A DNA stretch of 62,657 nucleotides, counting the filler, from Choristocarpus tenellus KU-1152 (taxonomy: Eukaryota; Protista; Phaeophyceae): assembly GCA_964200185.2 (NCBI GenBank). It is 10 parts of 10 records of this genome, joined end to end, with 100 filler letters (N's around TTAATTAATTAA, not from the genome) between each part and the next. Parts side by side here need not be neighbours in the genome. Positions count along the whole stretch, not along the records: positions 25,207 to 40,788 come from CAXNAD020000969.1; 9 more parts are not named here. The stretch is one strand, 5' to 3'. Positions 26,691 through 39,129 of the stretch are shown piece by piece (the first letter of the stretch is position 1; every line of letters begins with the position of its first letter). The notes under the pieces were generated by a model. It was not told the origin of the DNA. It worked only from the letters and a program-made list of their open reading frames with translations, and searched no databases. The translations under genes were made by a program, and so were the position numbers.

Positions 26691-28945
26691 GCATTTTGGT
26701 AATATAGTCGGTGGGGTAACAAGTATAGTGGAGGGAGGGAGGGGAAAAGTGGGGTTATAGTGAGAGAGGAGGAGGAGAGTGGAAGGAATATCAAGACAAA
26801 GCTAATTGATGAACCCAGAAGATGTGAGCAAAGCAAAAAAAGAAAGATATACCACCGACATGGCATTTATGATTCTATCAAGTTCAGCGGTAGTTTGTTG
26901 TGTCATTTATACATGTTATTAGTCAATAGTCGCGGCACTCACATCCTCACGACCACTAGGCACAAACTTCCTGCCGTGCGCTTCCTTCTGTTTTGTTGTT
27001 CGTGATGTTGTGTAGATATTCCTATGCGCGTTATGTGCGATACACATGTACTACCATATATTACGCCAGTGACATGTATAACATATCCTGTACCCTCGGC
27101 AATATTGACACATACATATACAACTGCTACCGGTAGGACCACAGCAGTATGCAATGGACCACACGCAAAAGTAACACAAAATATTCCATAGGTTTGTAGT
27201 GATCGATCCAAATATATAAAATCGTTTTTTGTGTTGTGGATTGGTATATCTATTCGATCATATCACAGCCAAAGCACCAACCAACACCTCAGAGAAACCA
27301 GTCATGCCCTTCAAAAATTCGATCCCTTCTTTACGACTACTACTACCGCTGCTTTATGGTGCAGAGCCGATTAGAGACGGCACAAAATGTAGCCAACAGA
27401 TTCCGTGGGAGGCACAAGCACACAGAGTATTAATGCCAATAGTGATAATGTGTATCCTAAGATGTGTTGCTCCTTTGCTTGTGATATCTGATTATATCCT
27501 CGCCTAGCCCTGGAGTGTTATTAAAGGGCTCCGCATAGGTATACTTATGGTAGGGTTACTACTACTTAATACTGCAAGGTACATTGAGCAACTTCCTTAT
27601 TGTTAACACTGTTTTCATGAGTTCAAGTCGCGTAGTGCTACCACTACTTCGAGTAAGTGAAACGCGGACAGTTCATGTGGGAGAACAGGGAGGAAAAGGC
27701 TAATGCACTTCGCACAGCAATCAACGTGGAAAATACGCAGAAGATGCCGATCCCACGTAACAATTGCCGAAAAAATTTAATCACTTTGGGGAATTTGGAT
27801 TTTAATGTCGAAGAATTAGGTCTTAAAATTAACTAAGTTTCATGTTCTACGTTGTTCATTTCTAAAATTTCTTGAGAGCACTTTTCCTCTAAACTTTTAG
27901 AGGTTCCTCCATGTAATATCACAAGATTAAGCAGTCGCTGCAACATTATGTATGGATACAAAAATGATCTTGCTGCTAAGCATTCTCGAGGTCTCCCATG
28001 CTCGTAGTTGATCTATCTGAACCCATTCATCTCGAGGTTGACATCAGCCAATTCTCGTTCTGTGTTCCTTCAAGCCCAGTGCAGCCGCATCAACGCTTGC
28101 TTAATCGCAGTTCCGCCACTCTTGAGTTATCGATGCCACCATAAATCTTTTACTCCTGTTAGTATCACTTTTTAAAAAGATTGTTGAGGACATCACAACC
28201 ATGAAAGAAAATTGCAAACCTTTTTTATAAGTTGTTTTGTGCAAGTTTTTTGGCTTGCTTTACTGTTGGTATTGTTTCACAGATTGCCACAACACTTACT
28301 TATAAATACTCTGGTAAAAACTGCTGAGCACTATCCGTGCTCTTTTGCACAAAGAGCTGTTGCACTAAGAGTTTTAGCGAACTTCCGCACACATCAACCC
28401 TAACCTATAAAGAAGAGATGTTGCAAGCTCCCAAGACAAAATAATACCTGGAGTTGAACCGATGGTGACAGGGAGCACGGCAAAAATGCGCCCTACAAGC
28501 ACATCCGCAACATAAATCTACAATAGATGGGATGCACTAGGCGTACTAATACTGAGCAGCAGCACTGAAACTCCAAAGCAGGGAAAGATACCCAATTTGG
28601 TGATATACCGTGATCAATCTAAGTTTACTTTCCTACAAAGCCATTAAATATCTTCCTGCAAAATGGCACCTGGCATATGGCAGGATATAGCAATTAAGTA
28701 GCCAAAGAAGTGACAACTGCTGAATATCTTTACAAACCACCAGTATCATTTTTCAAATACATAGGTTACAGCAACTTTTATTATACATATTCCCATCCAG
28801 CACATTGTAACACCAGCCCCCATAATCGCATCATAGACTTGATGCCATGAGAAGTGTTCAGCACAAAATCATTCAAGAATGCACAAACCACGCTCTCAGA
28901 TACATGCACTAACCAGAACTACACACAAATACTATTGTATACTTA

Positions 28946-31900
28946 TTAATAGTCATCGTAGTAATAGTAACCATCATCATCATAGTAATAGTAACCATCG
29001 TCATCATAGTAATAGTAACCATCGTCATCATAGTAATAGTAACCGACGTCACTCAGGCAGTCCTGGTCATCACTGGAGATACAGGATGGCTGCGCACGGC
29101 GAAATTATAGAAGGAAGGATGGTTAAACATTTCAACCGTGTTTTGTTGTCCATGGTACAATGTCAAAGCTACAATTTGCGACAAGAACACAGAGGATGGT
29201 CTAACTGTCACATAGAATCTTACTGAACTCGCTTGAACTGGCACAAACCACAATGAAAGATTGTGGAGTGTCGTGATATGGAACAATATATATATATATA
29301 TATATACAGTGTGTGTACATACACAAGCACTGCATCCTAGAATTACGTGAAGCGTGAGGATGATCTAGAGAGAACACAGAAGAGGTCATGTATTAGAAAA
29401 AAGATTAAAAGAATCATCACTTTCTGAACAAACAAACAAATTTAGTACCAACTCTAATGCGGATTGGTGCCTTCTCAATCATACCATATGGAACAATTGT
29501 CAGTAAGGAAAATTATAGTGTATTCAACTATTCCTCTAGAGGACTAGTTAGAAAACCAACTACTTACAAAGATAGTCCATAGACTCACCGAAATAGTTCC
29601 TGAACCTGGAGAAGGTGTAGTAACCACCACAGGAGGTGTTGTCACTGGGGCAGGTGTAGGCGTCACCACAGGGGGGACTGTCAATGGAGCAGGTGTTGGA
29701 GCCACCACAGGGGGGACTGTCACTGGGGCAGGTGTAGGAGCCACTACAGGAGATGTTGTCACTGGGGCAGGAGTAGGAAGCACCGCAGGGGCAGGAGTCA
29801 CGGCAGGGGGTGTTGGGGCGCCCTGGGGTGTGCCTACAATAACGCCCTCTGTGGTGGCGAGATAGTACGTCTTGTCGGTGCCATATATTTCAGTCCTGCC
29901 ACCAGCAATGCTAGAGACATCCACCTAGAAATGTTGATAAGAAAAAGAGAGTCAAAATCGTTTTTGACAGCTTTAGACGCGATTGCATGCGAATGGAGCA
30001 ATAGAATGGGGAGTTTGTTATAACTACAGAACAGGAAATTTGGTTTCAACAAAGACAACAAAAAACATGATCCAAAAACGTGAATTACTGGTGTATATCC
30101 ATCAATCCGTTGGCAATTGATTGTTTTCCCCTCAACTCTCGATCACTCTGCATATAACTCCAACCACTTGATCTTCGTCCTATGTTTTTTCTTCCTGCTT
30201 CTCTTACTTCTTGCATGAACACAACGAAAAATACATTACCAATCAAACCCTTTACTATTACACCAAGTGTCAATATCACAGAACGCAAACCAATGTTTGA
30301 CACAATTTCGTGGTGATAGTTATGCCTTGCATGTTCAAAATTTCAGGGAGCATTTCTCACCGTCATTGTGCTGGGAACAGTGAGAGGAATATACCCACTT
30401 GTTCCTGAAGCCGCATCAAGCCGTACACTCGTCACCACACCTGCGAAGGTTGAATACGTGTACCAAAGTCGGTAAGCAGCTCGCATATGGATGAGCAAAG
30501 CATATCAGCAGTGGTTACTAAATCCTCTCAATATATCAGGCGACTAATATTATCCCCAGTCTAACTGGTTCAGGAAATAGAGTGAAACGGCTGCCAACTC
30601 ATTGGAGATGACTGAAACACCAGACCGAGGAGATACGAGTACGTAAACTATATCTGAGGATGCAAATTCGTCCTGCAATGATCCTCACCCTTGGGAACTT
30701 TGTACCACCCTGCAACGCCGTAAGTACATTCTCATGCAGCACACAATGACGATTAATGACAACATTTGCCAACCGCTCACTAATCTACAGACAGTGAACC
30801 ATATAATCATTTCAGGATATTAGACAAACCACTTTCAAGTGAAAAATGCAACATCAAAAACTTGCCTGTGTCATCCTTGTCGGCCTTGAGTAGAGGCGCT
30901 GAATTATCCAATGCCTCATGGAGATTGAATTCATCGCAGAGATGGTCAAACTTAAGAGTCTGGTGTTCCGTACACCGGACAAAACATGGAAGTGGGCAGC
31001 ATACGAGATCAGGTCATAGACGAAAGTGGTGAATGAAGGTTACTTTTTTTCCTGTGCATCTGTCGAATAGAATTTTGAGTGAAGCATTGAAGGATAGAAT
31101 CAAAGCCCAAACCATCAATCTACGACCCTACAACCACAGCACTAACCCATGAACATCATTTTCAACATTGTTATCTTAGAATGTCAACCAGTTGACGGAA
31201 TTTTGGTCTCGGTGCTGTCTAAGATCCTGTGGAGACAGTGGTCCACGTGAGTCAGGCAATTTAGAGGCTTCAAGCCTGCATCAAGAGTGTACAGTGAGAA
31301 ACCAGGACACATTGAATACTTCGATCATGTTTACGATCGAACAGCAGAGGATATTGTACGTATGATAGTCTCAAGTAAGAACATAGAGTGTGAATGGTAC
31401 AGTTTTGCGATACAAAGCACTAATATCTTACCACAAGAAAAAGGTGTGTTCAGAGAGTTGTCTACATGCTATCTGCAGATTATGCAATACAAGGTTGTAA
31501 CCAGTGTTTCCAATGTCTTTGACCTTGTATGTTATGTGAATATGATCTGTATGCTTGCCTTGATTGGAAAGTCAATGAAGGATGTGAGCTCAGACATCAT
31601 CTCCTCCATCCAGTACTGCAGGAGAGACTTGTTGGTTCCATCAATCTCAGTAGTGGGAACCACATTCGCCTGAAGGTATCATTCAAAAGACAAAGCAAAT
31701 TGATCAAAAACATCATTGAAGAAACAGCCAATAATTGCGATCCGCACATGAAAAAAAAATGAAAATTGATCTCAAATGCCGGTGCTCACGCACCTGGTGG
31801 AACATATACTTGTCACGGAAACCGCTCAGAATCTGCCTTGTGGTAGCCTCCTTTTCCCATGCAATCAGATTCGCCATGCTGCCAAAGGACTGAATATCTG

Positions 31901-34900
31901 TACAAAGAGAGCAAGTCTGCAGCTCCCCCGTGGAAGGGATATAGATGGAGTAAGGAGTCAAAGTTACTTAGAGGATACGGCCGCGTCCATTTGGGGACCA
32001 AAATCCAATGTTACGATTTTGATGTAATTTTGGGTATCGTGTTTGTTAGGAAGTGTCAATATCCTTGTTCCGAAACATTTTGGAGTAGGAAAATGTCACA
32101 AAAAAAACATCGGAAGCCAAGCCCCAGATGGACAAACAGGGCAAAACTCATACCCTCTAAGACAATTTCACTCAAGCTGCTAGTCCAGTAGAGTAATGAT
32201 GAGCTTAGTCCATTAAGCTGTAGCTGTGTGGGAAAGGAAGTCATCGCTACATGAAGATATTATGCATGACACAAATAATATGTACTGGGTTGGTTGAAAG
32301 AAAACTTTTTTTGATGGTACTAAAAACAGCGACAAGAAAAAAATTGGTGACATAAACGAAAGGACTGCATGTGCAGGTGGGGCATTTTGGTTGTAGACAA
32401 TGAAACGCACCCCCTTGTCTTGACTTGGGTCCAGGTTGGAGCATCCACACACTTTTCGTCTGATCCACTCATTCTCCTGAACAAGGCACTGTCTTACCCA
32501 TAGTAGGAAATGGAGGTTGCACAGTCAAACAAGGGTGAAAGATGTATGTGAAGCTGCCGAGCAAACATCACCCACTGCAGTGCAAGAAAAATAATTGATA
32601 TATATGCTGCACTCCAAATCAGTTTCAATGAGCTCGTTCACTACAACTTACGAGAATGTCTTGCACGTTTTAGAGCATTGATAGTCAAATGTTAGTTGCA
32701 AAACTACTTTTTTCATCCTTCTCAACAAATCCAGGATTTGCCGAAAATGTCAACCTGTGAAATGTGCTGTTGAAGGTCGGTAGTATAAGGAAGGCAGAGA
32801 CATGAGATCCTGAACTGTAAGCACAAGTCAAGGTCCAATCCTCACACTACACCACTTACATCCGCCGTGACGCAATTAAAGTAGATGAAAGTAGCAAACC
32901 GTGGGACAATTGTCATTCCAGCGAAACCTGGAGCACAAGAATGCAATCCCACGACCAGAAAGGCGTGTATTAGTACAGAAATATATGTAGAAGTGTGGGC
33001 TTGGTCACTTCAACATCCCCTGCAGCACAGGAGTTTGGAAGAATATGCTCGATATTCGGTTCGAAGTGGTGCAGCAAAGGGTTTACAACTGTCATCCTGA
33101 GAAGAAACAGTTGTGTTCACTAACGAATATCGTAGATACACACCAAAAACTGTGAAATAGAAACCCACCGTTTGTGACCACAGTTGTGGTAAGAGGGTGG
33201 TAACGATTGACAGCAACAAGGGAGACAGTGCCGATACCAACAAAGGTGTTATCTCCAGGGTAGCATGTCATCAGCTGATCGGCACCACTCCTGTGAAGTA
33301 GGAATGTGAACTCGAACTTTAGGACCAGCAGAAGGGTCGACAAGCTCCAATAAATAGGTTGTGAGACACACAAATATCTTCAAACTTTGTGGATTGCAAA
33401 TAATATATGTGGAGGAGCTTGGCAAACAAATGCAGGAGTTTCCGATTTTCAATACAACTAAATGTCCATTCACACAGTCTTGGTACAGTAACCGAACAGC
33501 TCAGGATTACCAAACAATGTCAGGACGAAGTATACAAACAAACCAAAATATGGTCTATATACTCACGCCAGGCAATACTTGTTGAACAGGCCAGTGATAC
33601 CAGGAGACACCATCGAGTACCAGTTAAAATTTTCGTTTGTGTAGTACCAGTCCATCGCTTTAGCAAGTGCAATGTTCCCTGGACAGCAGCAACCAACGCA
33701 CAGGATTGGAGAGAAATGAAGTTTTACTTCTTACTCCATGAATCATTTTCCTACTTTTTCGCGTGCTTAGTGAGGAATCTTGTGCATAAGTGTACAGGCT
33801 GACATGCAATGTGGAAATGACTGCATTTTGATGTTGGATTATTCTTGGTATCATGGTTCATCAAACGAAGCGATTCTATCCCTGTTCTCTTCCAACTAGG
33901 GTTTTCCTCTGTCCCAAACAAAATGCTCACCTTCATCTTCAATCTGGCAGTCTGAGGCACCAAGATTGTCACGTGAAAGGTGGCTCATGGTGTGGGATTG
34001 CCAATAGAATTTATCCTTCACTGTCGTCAATGTTGCTGTCATGAGATCGTCAGAGCTCCAGAGTCCAGCTGCAAAGTCTGCAGCCATTCCCGGCACAGCC
34101 CCCGAGAGCCAGGTTGTGCCATGGATAGGGGAAATACCTGCACAGATCCCCAATAAATAGCTATTGTAAGTAGGGAGCGGTTACAGGACAAAGAGTGACA
34201 TGTTCTCATACCAGACACACCCAGGACTTATCAAGCTAAGAATCCGATATCCATCTGTCTTTTTGTGTTCTAGGCAATTTCTATTTATGACAATTATTGC
34301 GAAATTTATACCTTGCACCAACAGGAGTAAGACCAATCTAACTAGAGGGAGGTGCAAAGCATTTCTATCATAAGAGTTGGTCTTCCTGAGGTGCGGCATT
34401 TTCAAGGTGGTGGAGGTATGGAAAGGTAAGTAATTGTAAACGGTAAAAGAATATCTTTAGGTGTTCCAGCACAGATCCTCATTGGGGAAACTCGTTGTAC
34501 AGCTAACATGAAGCTTCCTTTTGCAGTTCTAATATTGGGAACAACAGTAACCCACGGATGTTATGGACGGATGTAGGACTTGGACACTTCGAAAAATGCT
34601 CATTAAACTATTGCTCTGGCCTGGAGCACATTGGATGGGAAGAGATTTGATTGCATGCCATATCTTCATGCTTACGGCCTGTACGTGTATTGATTAAGCA
34701 CTATTATGGAACAATATCCATCCTCACCCGTTCCTTGAACTTGGTCACCCTTTGTCAGAAGCCCAGCATCAGAATCTGGGAAGCTCAGCGTGTAAGGAGA
34801 GTTAACCTGTTCAGACATTGAATAGGTTAGCACTGAGATGAACAATTTAATGTACTCTGCATGAATATCTCCAGGTAAAAGTTCCATACAAAAGGAAATT

Positions 34901-37900
34901 CAAGACAATTTTTCTATAATTGTGTACACTGGGGCATGGTCACATATGTAACACTTTTGTGCCGTTGGATACAGGTTTTTTCCTTACGACCCTTTATTTT
35001 TGCGGGTTACAAATCCTATCTGCAGTTTTCAACATATTTATTATGTCCAATAAATACTTCATTCTACTTTCACACCATCTTTTCTGCTTGCCCATCCAAG
35101 AGTCCTTTGAAATATAGGTTCAAATGTAAGATATATAAATTCTATGTAGTACCTCAAGTCTTCGGTATCCGTAGGTTTTGCCAAGAATTCGTGTTTCACT
35201 CACTTTTTCAAGGACCCCATTTCCGTTGTAGGCAAATTCAACGATTACATCAGACCCATATTGTGCGTTCATAGCGTCTTGGAATGCACCAAACTGCTCG
35301 AAGTCTGACCCTGTCATTCGAACTTCCTGTAGTCGAGTTGGCCATTTATCCATGAGTCAGTGTACTTGAAAATGTTGTTTGGCTATTGATTATTGTGTGG
35401 TTTGATTTTGTGGTTAAGAACAACATACTTAAGAATACAGTATAATGCGAAAGAGGGAAGATAGAAGGCAGTGAAGAAGTTGGCCACAGAATGAAAAAAA
35501 GAGAAATTTTGATAAATTTTATTGGTAGGTATGGCATCACTCTGAGCAAGATCCCAAGCTTACAGTGCCCTCATTGTTTCCACCGTCGTACACCCATTGG
35601 CCTGTGCCAAGGTAAAGATCATCCACCACTGGACCCAAGTAGAAGCGTCTTTCACCCTATGAATATGATTCAGATTTTGACAGGGAAGAAAGGACAATAG
35701 CAACAAAGCATTAGCCGTTTTGATATGTACGAATACAGTAAGTTTAGGTCTAAATCCAGTGTCTTGAAGAGTGATGTTTTTTTTTCCTTGCACCATGATT
35801 GCAAAGTCTGCATTACCTGGAATACTCCTTTGGTTCCCCACTCCGTGACAAAATGTGACCAAGCCCAGGAGCCCATATCAAACCAAGCCATGGTGAAGAA
35901 GATATACAGCTCTTCCAAGCCATCCATCCCGATCCACTCTACCATAGCGGCAGAAGGGAAGTTTTGGGCACTCAACAACGGTGTACCAGCAGCATTCGCA
36001 TATCTGAGATAGCAACATGATTTATTGGTAAGTATTTCGTCACGTCAATATGTTTCGGTCCCAAGCACTACAAGAATTAGTCACATATATATCCAAGTTT
36101 GAGGAAAGTAAAGAAACTATAATGTAGAGATTGAAAGTATCTTAGAGGGTAGGAGTTTTGCCCTGTTTGTCCGTTTGAGGCTTGGCTTCCCATGGGTTTT
36201 TTAGGACATTTTCCTACTCCAATTTTTTTCGTTAGTAGGTAAAATGTGTGCGTTATGAAAAGGTGTCCAGAACATGGATATTGGCACTTCCTAACAAACA
36301 TGAAGGTCAAAATTACATCGAAATCGCAGCGATGGATTTTGGCCCCCAAATGGACGCGGCTCTACCCTCTAAGATACTTTGAGAGATTTCATGGTGTAAT
36401 ACCTTGTTATCCATCCATGCAGTACACTAGTATATAAATTACAAAACTATAGGACCCGAGGTCGATTAGATAAGGTGATCATAACAAGGAAATAGTGTGG
36501 AGGAAAGTACAAGAACAAGTTGCCTACTGCTCCCAGAAGAAAACTTAACTATTTGACAGTGGGGCAAAAGAGAAGTCAGGGCAATAAGTTGAGGACTCAC
36601 GAGCTGAGAATGGTGGCTGTTCCATTGTCAAATGTTGTTGCGTACTGGTGAAGGGGACGAGTGAACATGTTGTTCTTCTGGGGATCAGTGGCCATGCCGT
36701 CCTTAACTACCGTAGAAATCGAGTCCCCTGCAGCTGTTTATCACGGGTTAACAAGAACAAAATCATGTTCACCACAGAACCAATCAACAACGTGAGAATG
36801 AGTTCTCAGTTGAAATGGAGTAACACTATTTCATGCATTAACCAACATTTTGCTGCACACTATTTCGTCAAGTCGAAGCACCAACCCCTTGCAAAATGTG
36901 TTCCACATCTTTGCATTTTTGATCCAAGAAGTGAACCTCCATTACGGATCCGTGAAAGCGACCAGTACCTTCCATAATCAGTACCAATCAATTCAACACC
37001 ACTGGAATTCTTCAGGCAACAGGTATACACTACGATCAACCCGTGGAATGGTTTTGTTTCGTTGGCAACAAATGCAGCAATTCTCTATTGGAACTTCATT
37101 CGATACCATTCTTTGCGAACTATAGTACAAAGCTGTTGCCTAACAATGCTGCACTCTATAGCGAGAGGTTACATGAACGTCTCGCGCATGGATGTTTCGA
37201 CAGAAATGATCGGCCTTTTATCACGTACGTGTAAGCTTCACCAGCGGAGGGACTGGTACCTCTGTCGACCACAATGGGGGTGCGAACGTCTGACTGATCC
37301 TCATCCTAATGTTTGCTTCCACATCATTAGCTGCATCGGAGCTTTCGAACCATACAAGCCGGACCTGAAACGTTTCCACAATTCATCGGTTTCTCTGTCT
37401 TTAATCGCGCCTCTGCAAGGCAGAACAAGGAGAAAAATAATGGAAGCTTCACGATGTCTTCCAGCATTATGTAGCGACAAGAGTTCTGCTGTCTGTTGGC
37501 CAAGCCAAGCTGGTTGCATGAGGAATGAAAACTACAGCTTTGACAGGAAGGTTCCACAAAATATCACGTTTAAAAAGTTATCTTCGTTGCCACAAGTGAA
37601 AGACGGTGTAACACAAATTTTCGCTATTGAAGAGGCCTTACCAACCTACGTTAGTGAAAACAGACTTCAAGGTCGTCCGTGTTGAGTTGCGAAACCGGAT
37701 TATCGGAACATTGAATGGTGTTGTCAAATACCTCTGTTCTCCAAGGTCTAAATTGCCCTAAAACAAACCTTGAATGCTCGGGCATAATCCTGAAGCTCCG
37801 TTTTCTGCGAAGCAGTCGGAGTTATTCCGATGTAGATCACATCGCACTTGCCTGTACCATCATTGTTATTCAGTGGCAAGGTATCTGTGGGAGCCACGAT

Positions 37901-38459
37901 CACGTTCTTCACAGAAGAGCAACAGGTTGACGGTGTGAGAGATATGCAGGTTACGGAAAGGGCAGGGTCAGGGCAGCAACATCAAAAATCATCACTTACT
38001 TAAATATCGCACCAGCGACTGGTTGACCACATCAACAACCCACACATATGTGAGTGGACTTCAACTACACAAACCTGGGCAGCAGACCAGAAGCCCTTGT
38101 ACCACTCAGAGATGATGTATGCGTCACCCACACCTGGTGTACTGGCATCCTGGTTGGGTGTGTGGAGGTCTCAAGATTTAGCAAATAAAAACGGATCCCA
38201 GTTACATGAGCCAAACTATCTTGAACCCTTCACTGTACAACAGGATTGAGCTCATCTTCGATATACTGTATCCCTTCCAAAGTATAAGTAGAAACTAGAT
38301 TTTCAGAGTGTGGAGGAAGAGAAAAAAGTTATGTTTTGTCATAAACCCTCTCACCAAAACGGCTGAGGTGAGAATGCATGGCTGCATATCCACAGAGACT
38401 TGGCCCATAACTGGTGAGAGAAGGGTAAGAGCACATGCTGCCAATGAGAGGCGAACCAT
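28946..38459 (-). CDS. Secreted Agd3-like (CE18-type) polysaccharide de-N-acetylase with Pro/Thr linker and Tyr/Asp tail (2544 nt, 847 aa); 20 exons: 38459-38355, 38149-38075, 37906-37769, 37364-37229, 36733-36601, 36003-35817, 35656-35564, 35326-35204, 34806-34728, 34137-33931, 33678-33567, 33290-33169, 32927-32860, 32488-32411, 31916-31794, 31669-31559, 30959-30866, 30440-30361, 29924-29589, 29089-28946
   Basis: All 19 introns are phase-consistent (17 GT-AG, 2 GC-AG) and the CDS has no internal stop. Signal peptide MVRLSLAACALTLLSPVMG. Motifs appear in Agd3 order: EWGTKGVFQGERRFYLGPVVDDLYL, EFAYNGNG, FYWQSHTMSH, PGITGLFN, GDNT, TNGFAG..IVPRFATFIYFNC, DKYMFHQAN, SLLQYW, PLTVP, EIYGTD. Confidence 0.85.
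28949..29044 (-). repeat. Coding 24-bp tandem repeat x4 encoding GYYYYDDD
   Basis: GGTTACTATTACTA(T/C)GATGA(C/T)GAT units on the - strand; variation between units is mostly synonymous. Confidence 0.85.
31959..32169. mobile_element. MITE family B, in intron 14 of the Agd3-like gene
   Basis: CAAAGTTACTTAGAGGATA...CAAAACTCATACCCTCTAAGA. Confidence 0.8.
36133..36381. mobile_element. MITE family B, in intron 5 of the Agd3-like gene
   Basis: Near-perfect TIRs AAAGTATCTTAGAGGGTAG...CTACCCTCTAAGATACTTTG; AGAGATT occurs on both flanks. Confidence 0.85.
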
Positions 38460-39129
38460 CTTTAGGTGGGACTCCTTCACTGTGGCAAGCCCTGAAGAGT
38501 CACGAAGGTTTATTAAGGGAATTGGCGAACGAACTGGATGATTACTTTCGAGAGTGCACAATACTGATTAGGGTCCAAATATCCATGATCGTGAGAACGA
38601 GTGGACATGATTTTTTTTTTACTTGTGTCAAATGTTTAGAATAGTCGCAGAAATACTCTTGTGGATTGCTGTGACTTGCAGTCACACTTGCGTCAAATCC
38701 CTTCAGGACAAGTACGAAATAGAACGATCTATCTAATATATTATTATCCCAAAATGCCTCTGACATAAAATCACACTTTATCCTATATTGTGTATATTAT
38801 TATGTCGTCTAACATATTATCCTAATAAAAAAGGAACATGTGAAATCTTCCAACTTTTCGAAATCTTGTCCGTGCAACTTGAAGAGATCACCCTCTACAT
38901 CTATATCAAAAACTGATGAGCAGAAATATATATTAGTCGTAGGAATATATAGTCGTGTCCTTTACCCTCTCCCCAAACCTTACCCCAATCCTCAAAAATG
39001 GGCAAACCAAAATGAAACGTGAGGGAGTAAAACAGAAAAAAAAGTGGACATAAATTCTGATTACATCATAATATCTACAGAGTAGTATGGGGGTAGAGTG
39101 GAACAACGACAGTTTCTGGAAATAAACAA

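Noticed and set aside
28879-29226. + strand ORF with HHHSNSN repeats (His-rich peptide)
   Set aside because: It is the antisense shadow of the GYYYYDDD exon, which has a proper acceptor, phase and stop on the - strand.
37062-37685. 207-aa + strand ORF
   Set aside because: Overlaps exon 4 and introns of the Agd3-like gene on the opposite strand and has no motif; treated as a shadow ORF.
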